The position numbers and the translations under genes are program-made. The notes beneath the pieces are model-generated. The model saw nothing but the letters and a program-made list of their open reading frames with translations. It searched no databases and was not told where the DNA came from. From a virus (Duplodnaviria > Caudoviricetes), in IMG/VR virus record IMGVR_UViG_3300044580_000075, positions 1 to 36,581 of that record: 36,581 bases of DNA. One strand, given 5' to 3'. This document shows positions 8,012-15,225 of this stretch, piece by piece. The first letter of the stretch is position 1. Each line of letters opens with the position of its first letter.

Positions 8012-8685
8012 GTGGGGGTAAGATCGATATAATCGAAATCTTCAACTCGATACAGGGTGAGGGGATGTTTGTAGGAACTCCTATGACATTTATTCGTCTT
8101 AAGAATTGCAACCTTCGATGCGAGTTTTGTGATACTCGTCCATGGGAGAAGGAATCAAGCAGGATGACTACTGATGAAATACTTCAAGCTTGTTGTCTTC
8201 TTAGCGAGGGACTTCTTCCTCATGTATGTATCACAGGTGGAGAGCCATTACTTGAGCCTTTACTTGAAGATCTACTTTGGGGGCTTCGAAGCCGAGGTGT
8301 TTCTGAAATGCATATCGAGTCGAATGGCTCAGATGATGTATGGAAGCACGGACTCGTTGAATACTGGCCTACCGGAAGCGTATCGATTACGTTAAGTCCT
8401 AAAACTCCTGAATGGTCCCTCAAAAGGATGTATGATAGCTCGTTAGCTGACCTCGTAACTGACATCAAGATCCTCGTCGACGAGAACGGTCCGAGGTATC
8501 CCCTCGAGCAATTTAAAGATTGGCATGGTGGAATCTACCTTCAACCAATCTCAGACCCTTCTCTCAGCATGATAGGAGAATTCGGGTATCTGAAAGAGCA
8601 ATATGAGCTGCTCAAGCCTTGGTTGTTCAGGTTTCCGTTCTGCTCGATGTCTTTGCAGATACATAAGCTTCTCGGAATAAGATAA
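8008..8685 (+). CDS. queE: 7-carboxy-7-deazaguanine synthase QueE (radical SAM)
   Basis: EIFNSIQGEG, FIRL, CNLRCEFCDT, TGGEP, ESNG, SPK, LQP, QIHK. Confidence 0.95.
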   Translation: MSGGKIDIIEIFNSIQGEGMFVGTPMTFIRLKNCNLRCEFCDTRPWEKESSRMTTDEILQACCLLSEGLLPHVCITGGEPLLEPLLEDLLWGLRSRGVSEMHIESNGSDDVWKHGLVEYWPTGSVSITLSPKTPEWSLKRMYDSSLADLVTDIKILVDENGPRYPLEQFKDWHGGIYLQPISDPSLSMIGEFGYLKEQYELLKPWLFRFPFCSMSLQIHKLLGIR

Positions 8686-8695
8686 AGGAGGACGA

Positions 8696-9466
8696 ATGAG
8701 TAAACTAACTGAAGCAAAAGATTCACTTAACATCGCGAAGAGGCGGATGATGCTCTTCTTCGGACCAGCGAAGTCAGGTAAGACGACCTTAGCATGTAAC
8801 CTTCTCGGCAAGGATAATACGGTCGTATTTGCGTTCGATCCTGACGGCGTGAAGTCAGTTCTTCCAATCGACGTCTTCTACATCGATCCCAAACGACCAT
8901 GGGAAGATACTCTCGACACTTTGAACGAGTTGCAGAAGCTGAAGGATAAGAAGAAATGCATAGTCGTAAGTGACCTCACCCAAGCTTCGAAGTTGTACTA
9001 TCGTACATCAGGAGACTTCAAAGACCCTCGTAAGACATACGGCATTGCAATTGATCGAATGATGCAGCTTATGGAGCAGCTGAAGCAAAACTTCAGGTGG
9101 GCGACTATTATCTTCGAAGCGGTTGATATGTACGTCGAAGACGAGCAGGAGAAGATTACGACCGCGTTGCCGAATGTAATCGGTAAGACTACTCTCGCTC
9201 CTCAGATCCCTATGATGGTTGATGACGTTCTGTATTTCAATCTTCCTAAGCAGATCAAGCAGAAGTCAGCTGATGGAAAGAGTATCGAGACAGTAGTTGA
9301 GCGAACTATTCTCACGGCCGCGGATGGATTTAAGCTTGCTGGGAATCGTATTAACAAAGCAGGCGAGACGGCTATACTCGACCTTAATGAGGAGGTCTCC
9401 ATCGGCCATAACGACTTCTCGAAGATCGAAGCTTTGAGGAAGAAATTCTTCCCGGAGGGTGTATGA
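8696..9466 (+). CDS. Sak4-like / AAA_24 P-loop recombinase ATPase
   Basis: Walker A GPAKSGKT near the N-terminus, FDPDG, strand VVSDLT at the Walker B position; context with SSB and exonuclease. Confidence 0.75.
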   Translation: MSKLTEAKDSLNIAKRRMMLFFGPAKSGKTTLACNLLGKDNTVVFAFDPDGVKSVLPIDVFYIDPKRPWEDTLDTLNELQKLKDKKKCIVVSDLTQASKLYYRTSGDFKDPRKTYGIAIDRMMQLMEQLKQNFRWATIIFEAVDMYVEDEQEKITTALPNVIGKTTLAPQIPMMVDDVLYFNLPKQIKQKSADGKSIETVVERTILTAADGFKLAGNRINKAGETAILDLNEEVSIGHNDFSKIEALRKKFFPEGV

Positions 9467-10050
9467 CAAGCGGAAGACACGTATTCGAAAGAAAGTTTGA
9501 TGGGAGTGACAGAAGCTACATTGCTAGCTTATTTAAGGGAATTATGGTCGCTCTTGGATGCAACGTCGACGACGATCCTAACTTTATAGATACGCCTATT
9601 CGATGGGCAAATTCAATCTGCGACCAGTTCGAACCTGAAAAGTGCAAGCTTACTACCTTTCCTCACGAAGACTACAGCGGCTTAATCACGCTTCATAAAC
9701 ACGAGTCGTGGACTCTCTGTCCTCATCATTTCGAACGAGTTAAGCTTATCTCGACGGTAAGCTACATCCCACGAAACGGAAAGGTCGTAGGAGCAAGTAA
9801 GCTTGCTCGTATCTGTAACATGTTCTCGAAAGGATGTATCATGCAAGAAACTTATACGCGAATGGTAGCCGACTTTATCATGAACGAGTTTGATCCTGAG
9901 GGAGTAGCTGTTCACGTGGAAGGATTTCACAACTGCATGCAGTGTCGAGGAGTAAGAACAAGTGGAAGTTTTATTACACGAGAGCTCAGAGGCTTATATC
10001 TGCACTCGCCTCAGACAAGAGAAGAATTCTTGTCAGACCTAGCAAGATAA
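9463..10050 (+). CDS. folE: GTP cyclohydrolase I FolE
   Basis: DTPIR, LCPHH, YIP, GASKLAR, QE, HNCMQCRG, REEF. Confidence 0.95.
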   Translation: MTSGRHVFERKFDGSDRSYIASLFKGIMVALGCNVDDDPNFIDTPIRWANSICDQFEPEKCKLTTFPHEDYSGLITLHKHESWTLCPHHFERVKLISTVSYIPRNGKVVGASKLARICNMFSKGCIMQETYTRMVADFIMNEFDPEGVAVHVEGFHNCMQCRGVRTSGSFITRELRGLYLHSPQTREEFLSDLAR

Positions 10051-10071
10051 GGGGTTTTAAGGAGGCATAAC

Positions 10072-10419
10072 ATGCCAGAAATAAATCCGGAAACAGATCT
10101 TAACCTTAAACTAAAGACAGCTTACGAAGCAGGTTACTCGCTAGGTGAGATGTCCAGAATGTTTAAGATGAGTGTTGGAGCGATGAGAAATCGCTTGGTA
10201 CTCATGGGAGTACAGATGAGAAGTAGAGGAGGACCTAACAACACGTTTAAGATTATTGATGCTTTACTTGCAGGAGAAGATGCTGAGCAAGTCCTTCGAA
10301 TCTTAACTGATAAAACAATCTCAATTGATAAGAAGGCTACTCTCCTTTGTGTGCATCCAAGTACGGTAAGGAGCTATATCAAGAACTTAAAGGAGGAGGT
10401 TGATGAACGAACTGTGTAA
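10072..10419 (+). CDS. helix-turn-helix DNA-binding protein (two HTH-like segments)
   Basis: YEAGYSLGEMSRMFKMSVGAMRNRL and SIDKKATLLCVHPSTVRSY. Confidence 0.75.
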   Translation: MPEINPETDLNLKLKTAYEAGYSLGEMSRMFKMSVGAMRNRLVLMGVQMRSRGGPNNTFKIIDALLAGEDAEQVLRILTDKTISIDKKATLLCVHPSTVRSYIKNLKEEVDERTV

Positions 10420-12736
10420 TCCTCAATGCAAGATGTATGTTCCTCTCGAACCTCAATGTCCTGGATTCTATCCTCGTAATTTAGATGAAGTCGAGGTCTT
10501 GTTTGTGGCGGAAGCTCCAGGTAGACAAGAAGTACTCGAACACAAGCCGTTAGTAGGCAGCGCTGGTAAAGTCTTATGGAAGGCGATGCACGAAAGCGGC
10601 TTCGCTTCTGTTTCGTTTGAGGGAGATAAATACACCTGGGCGTATGGATTGAACCTCCGTCCTATTAACGGAGTGGCTCTCGATAACGTCGTTCATTGCT
10701 ATCCTGGTAATCGACCACCTACCTACGCTGAGCGGATACATTGTGCGAGACATCTCGGAACAGCTTTAACCAATCTTAAGAACCTTCGTTTAATCGTAGC
10801 GCTGGGCGACACCGCATTCAATCACTTCACGAATGAGTCGAAGATACTCAAACGAAGAGGAATGCCTATCGTCCAATTCATTCCAGCCTTAGGTCGAGAG
10901 GTACCTCTCCTACCTATGCTTCATCCTTCCTTCATCTTACGTCAACGTCAGTGGTATGACACGTTCGTACGAGACCTACGCAAAGCGTACAAGATGTGGA
11001 AAGAAGGATTTCAACCATACGAGGTAGAAGCACTCGACCTAGATGAAGAAGCTGTTCGAGAACTTCTACGAACTGGATTTGCATTCGACATCGAGACGAC
11101 GGGCTTCTCCTTTATCGAAGAGAAGATTATCGGATGCTCGTTCTCAAACGGACGTAGACAAGCTTGGCATGCTTGGTATGATAAACCTCATGAGTGGCAA
11201 CTTGCAGTTCGATTGCTTGAATCAGATGCTTACAAGATAGCTCAGAACGGATGCTTTGACGTTCCGTTCTTGAAAGCTAAAGGAGTGAGGATTAATAAAG
11301 TTGAGTATGATACTTGCTACGCCCAGCATTTGATAAGTCCTGAGCTTCCATCCAATCTCGCGTTTATCTCTTCGTTATACACAAACTCTCCTTACTACAA
11401 AGAACAACGAGATGAGTTGATTGCTGGAAGACTTACACATGCTCAAATTAAGCAGTACTGCTGTAACGATTCGGAAGTAACTTACTCAAGCTTCCAGAAG
11501 CAGCGACTAGAGCTAGCTGAGGATCAGGAACTTACGAAGGTATTTAATACAATCGTAATGCCTTCGACTAAGGTTGCGAACAACTTGATTCTTAAAGGAG
11601 TCAAGATTGATCTCGAGGAGATCGAGAAGGTAAGAACTAATCTACAATCTATCGTTCTACCTATTCGTGAGGTGTTCGACAACTACGGAGTCAATCTTAA
11701 CGCTCCTGCGCAGGTAAAGCAATTGTTGACTACTATGAAAATGCCTGTAGCTGACACGTCCGCAGAAACTCTTCTTAAGCTCTACAAGCGTACCAATCAT
11801 CCTTTAATCCCATCCATCTTGAAGTACAAAAAATACAACAAAGTACTTAGCACCTTCATCGATGGGTTGAGTAAGCGACTCGATCCTAACGGCTTCTTGC
11901 ACACCAGCTATCGAGTAGACGGAACGAAGAACTCTCGCTGGAGTTCAAAGAAGCCAAACTTGCAAAACATTCCACCTGAGGTTAGGAAGTTATTTATTCC
12001 ATCCGCTCCAGGAAAGATATTCGTACAAGCTGACTACTCACGACTTGAGTTGTTTGTCGCAGGCGTGTTGTCGGAAGATTCGTTATTCCTTCACGACGTC
12101 GAGACTACTCCTATCCATGACGTAATGGCTGAGGAATTGTTTGGTGCTTCGTATACAAAGCATCAACGGTTGCTTGCTAAGACTGTCATCTTCGGAACAA
12201 TCTATGGTAGGTCAGCTAGAAGCATCGCAATTGCTTTTGGTATCTCAGTAGCGGACGCAGAACGAATCCAGCACACAGTCGCTCGGAAGTATCTTCGCTT
12301 AACTGCTTGGACAAAGATATCGTTAATGAAGCTTAAGCAAGACGGATATCTTCGCTCTGCGTTTGGACGAATCCGTTACTTCGATGAGGGTAATCTCGCT
12401 TCCGACGCAGCGAATTATCCTGTACAGACAGCTGCAGGTGACATCACGAACACCTCTCTTATCTTACTCGACGACTTACTCGACCTTCGCTTGACAGTTC
12501 ATGACTCAATTGTTGCTGAATGCTACGAACACGAACGAGATCAAACCGCAAAGACTCTTCAATCAATCATGAGTCGACCCATCCCAGAGTTGAAGGGTTA
12601 TCAATTCCCAGTATCAGTCGAATACGGACCTACTTGGGGAGACTTAACCGAGTGGGTTCCTTCAAAGCTTAAAGACGAAACAGACATAATCGACCAGTTC
12701 AAAACTCTAGAGGAGGAAGACAATGAGCGAAATTAA
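10400..12736 (+). CDS. polA: family A DNA polymerase with N-terminal family-4-type uracil-DNA glycosylase domain and 3'-5' exonuclease
   Basis: UDG: AEAPG..E, VGSAG, NVVHCYP.NRPP, ALG, HPS. Exo I FDIET, Exo II QNGCFD, Exo III YCCND. Pol: PNLQNIP, motif A DYSRLE, B R...KTVIFGTIYG, C VHDS. Confidence 0.95.
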   Translation: MMNELCNPQCKMYVPLEPQCPGFYPRNLDEVEVLFVAEAPGRQEVLEHKPLVGSAGKVLWKAMHESGFASVSFEGDKYTWAYGLNLRPINGVALDNVVHCYPGNRPPTYAERIHCARHLGTALTNLKNLRLIVALGDTAFNHFTNESKILKRRGMPIVQFIPALGREVPLLPMLHPSFILRQRQWYDTFVRDLRKAYKMWKEGFQPYEVEALDLDEEAVRELLRTGFAFDIETTGFSFIEEKIIGCSFSNGRRQAWHAWYDKPHEWQLAVRLLESDAYKIAQNGCFDVPFLKAKGVRINKVEYDTCYAQHLISPELPSNLAFISSLYTNSPYYKEQRDELIAGRLTHAQIKQYCCNDSEVTYSSFQKQRLELAEDQELTKVFNTIVMPSTKVANNLILKGVKIDLEEIEKVRTNLQSIVLPIREVFDNYGVNLNAPAQVKQLLTTMKMPVADTSAETLLKLYKRTNHPLIPSILKYKKYNKVLSTFIDGLSKRLDPNGFLHTSYRVDGTKNSRWSSKKPNLQNIPPEVRKLFIPSAPGKIFVQADYSRLELFVAGVLSEDSLFLHDVETTPIHDVMAEELFGASYTKHQRLLAKTVIFGTIYGRSARSIAIAFGISVADAERIQHTVARKYLRLTAWTKISLMKLKQDGYLRSAFGRIRYFDEGNLASDAANYPVQTAAGDITNTSLILLDDLLDLRLTVHDSIVAECYEHERDQTAKTLQSIMSRPIPELKGYQFPVSVEYGPTWGDLTEWVPSKLKDETDIIDQFKTLEEEDNERN

Positions 12737-13580
12737 GTTCTCAATGGAAATACCAACGAAGTATATTGGTTATATGAGCGACTGCGAAGATCAAGGATTC
12801 GCAATCGTTCCGTATGTGTTGAAGTATCCTGAGTATGCGAAAGCATATCGAGAGTTGTATCTTGAGAAAGGTAAGAAGGTTATACTCGATAACGGAGCGT
12901 ATGAAGCTACTACTTCTTCTAGTCTTGATCATATTCTCAAGGTAGTACGTCTTCTTGGAGGATCAAGACATAATCTAATTGTAGTTCTTCCAGATGTTCC
13001 TTGTGAATATGAAAAGTCTATTAGGTTAACTATCGATACGAAGGATGAGTTACAAAAACGACTAGCAAGTAATCATCCTGCAGCTCAGATATTTCCAGAT
13101 ATTAACCTTATGGGAGTCGTTCAAGGAGCTACTCTTGAGGAGCAATGGAGATGTTACAACACTTTACTCGATGAAGGAATTAAAAACATCGCTCTCTCCT
13201 TCCTCTGGGATCGAGTAAGCTTTCTTCGAAAGTATGGGAGTGAATTAGGTAAGCACCCAATTCACCTTCTCGGCTGCTACGGCATTCAAGAAATTCAATG
13301 GCTTCGTCGAATAAATGAAACTTGGAACCTCGACTTGAGCATCGACACCGTTAAACCTCTCAAGGCCGCAATCGCAGGCAAGTCAATCGAAGAATACGAA
13401 CGAGGCGAGGTAAGTGTCAAGTGGAATCCTGAAGCCACCCTCGGCGACAAAGTACTCGCTCGTTGGCGACGCAATGCAGAAATCATGCATACTCTCTGCC
13501 ACATTCGACCATCAAGCATCTCTTACAATCCAAATTACGAAAGGCCACTCAAGCGCTCATCGGATTCTCGAGCTATATAG
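12723..13580 (+). CDS. dpdA: divergent TGT-fold guanine transglycosylase (DpdA family, possibly DpdA3-like)
   Basis: ILDNGAYE (cf. DSGAF), VLPD, GVVQG, IHLLG, SIDT: the ordered motif set of the TGT TIM barrel with catalytic Asp positions; no C-terminal Zn site; directly after the polymerase in a folE/queD/queE phage. Confidence 0.75.
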   Translation: MSEIKFSMEIPTKYIGYMSDCEDQGFAIVPYVLKYPEYAKAYRELYLEKGKKVILDNGAYEATTSSSLDHILKVVRLLGGSRHNLIVVLPDVPCEYEKSIRLTIDTKDELQKRLASNHPAAQIFPDINLMGVVQGATLEEQWRCYNTLLDEGIKNIALSFLWDRVSFLRKYGSELGKHPIHLLGCYGIQEIQWLRRINETWNLDLSIDTVKPLKAAIAGKSIEEYERGEVSVKWNPEATLGDKVLARWRRNAEIMHTLCHIRPSSISYNPNYERPLKRSSDSRAI

Positions 13581-13589
13581 GAGGTTGTC

Positions 13590-14855
13590 GTGGGAGGATT
13601 AAACCTTCCAGTTAAGGGGTGGCTTGCAGACTATCTCACGTATAGTCGAAGCACTCCTAAGCAGGAGACTGAAATACCAATTGAGTTTAACTTATTTACT
13701 GGAATTGCTACAATCGCTGCTTCTCTTCAACGAAACGTATGGGTGTCGAGAGGCTTGTACGAATTGTATCCTGCTATGCTTGTCGTGTTAATTGCTCCGA
13801 CTGGCAAAGGAAAGAAGACTTCTGCGATTAATCTAGGAGCTAAGCTTTTAGTCAAAGCAGGTGTGACTAAGATCATCTCCGAGCAGATTACTCCTGAAGC
13901 TCTCGTACTTGCTCTCAACAACGCTCAGCCTATTCTTAAGAATGGAACGATTCAACCAGGAGCTAGAGACGCTACAGGCTTGCTTATCCTTCCTGAGCTT
14001 TCAGTCTTCCTCGAGAAGAGAGATTACAAGACAGGACTTGTTCCGCTTATTACTCGTCTCGCAGATGCGCCTGACGAATGGTCGAGTGAGACTATCTGTC
14101 GAGGAGAAGTTAAACTCACCAACGTAGCCTTATGCATGCTTGGCGGATCTGCTCCTTCATGGCTCGTAGGCTCCATTCCAACTGAAGCTTTCACAGGTGG
14201 CTTCATGGCTCGTTTCTTATTCGTAGTATCGGATGGGGCAGCCGTTCCTGTTCCTAAGCCACCTCCATTCGATAAAGTCTTGCAAGGCGAGCTTATCATG
14301 CGGTTGAAGTTCTTCAACACTCTTCGAGGAGAAGTGGTAGTAAATGAAGAAGCAGAGGAGTACTTCGCTAAGTGGTATCGTGGATTCTATCATCGAAGAA
14401 GTGTAGATGAGAAGCGAGCTGCCTATCAAGAACGTAAGCATGACCACCTAATGCGTATCGCGATGATACTAGCCATCTCAGAAGATAGGATGATTATTCA
14501 GCTTGAAGACATTCGACGAGCTACTAATCTACTCAACTACGTCGAAGAAGGAATGTTCTCGTTGTTCGGCGAGATCGAACGAGGTCAGTCAGCTGTCGGT
14601 GAAGCTATCCAAATGATACTTGCAATCATTAAGAAGAGCAAGTCGATTAGTCATGAAGACCTCCTTCGAATCGTAGTCGGTAGAGGTATGTCAGCTTCAA
14701 CTGTCTCAGAAGTAATCGATTCGTTAAGAGGTGGTAGATTTATCGAAGTAACGGGTAGTATAGGTAAAAAAGCATCAATCACATATCATTATAGATCAGA
14801 AGCACCATCAAGCAAGGAGGAAGTACATGAGCGAGATAGAAGTGAAGGAGTGTAG
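13590..14855 (+). CDS. DUF3987-type P-loop ATPase/helicase with C-terminal winged helix
   Basis: IAPTGKGKKTSA Walker A, TPEAL, PELSVFL Walker B-like, GFMARFLFV arginine finger. Confidence 0.75.
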   Translation: MGGLNLPVKGWLADYLTYSRSTPKQETEIPIEFNLFTGIATIAASLQRNVWVSRGLYELYPAMLVVLIAPTGKGKKTSAINLGAKLLVKAGVTKIISEQITPEALVLALNNAQPILKNGTIQPGARDATGLLILPELSVFLEKRDYKTGLVPLITRLADAPDEWSSETICRGEVKLTNVALCMLGGSAPSWLVGSIPTEAFTGGFMARFLFVVSDGAAVPVPKPPPFDKVLQGELIMRLKFFNTLRGEVVVNEEAEEYFAKWYRGFYHRRSVDEKRAAYQERKHDHLMRIAMILAISEDRMIIQLEDIRRATNLLNYVEEGMFSLFGEIERGQSAVGEAIQMILAIIKKSKSISHEDLLRIVVGRGMSASTVSEVIDSLRGGRFIEVTGSIGKKASITYHYRSEAPSSKEEVHERDRSEGV

Positions 14856-15225
14856 TAATTGTGGACAAGCAAGCTGTAAGCGAGACAGTTGGATTAAGGA
14901 TAAGAATGGAGAACCTATTTGTTGGGTTGCTAAGCAAGTCGCGACTAAGCTAGACGTAGACAAGGATAGATGGGACCTTCTCCAATGGAATGCCGTTCAC
15001 GATGTCGTACGAGTAGCTACCTTCGGCTCAAAGAAGTACGGTGATAATAACTGGAAGCAGGGAGGAGGCTTAGATAAGCTTCGATTATTTGCTGCTTGTA
15101 TGCGCCACGTCTACGCTTGGTTAGGAGGTCAGCCAGACGATCCTGAATCTGGCCTTCCTCACCTTGCGCATGCAGCTTGGAACTTACTTGCCATCCTTGA
15201 ACTAGACGTAAAAGAGAAAGACTAA
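14827..15225 (+). CDS. dATP/dGTP diphosphohydrolase domain protein (former DUF5664) with a short Cys-rich N-terminus
   Basis: K.D..K.RWDLL, V..FG..KYG..NW, A..RH...W..G...DPESGLPHLAHA.WN. Confidence 0.85.
   Translation: MSEIEVKECSNCGQASCKRDSWIKDKNGEPICWVAKQVATKLDVDKDRWDLLQWNAVHDVVRVATFGSKKYGDNNWKQGGGLDKLRLFAACMRHVYAWLGGQPDDPESGLPHLAHAAWNLLAILELDVKEKD

Noticed and set aside
7604-10050. Host-type queuosine tRNA-modification or folate operon
   Set aside because: No QueC, QueF or QueA; genes are interleaved with phage replication genes, and the TGT-fold protein lacks the tRNA-TGT zinc site.
15222-15225. Bidirectional terminator at the convergence of the two gene blocks
   Set aside because: The two stop codons overlap with no intergenic space, and no clear hairpin was found.
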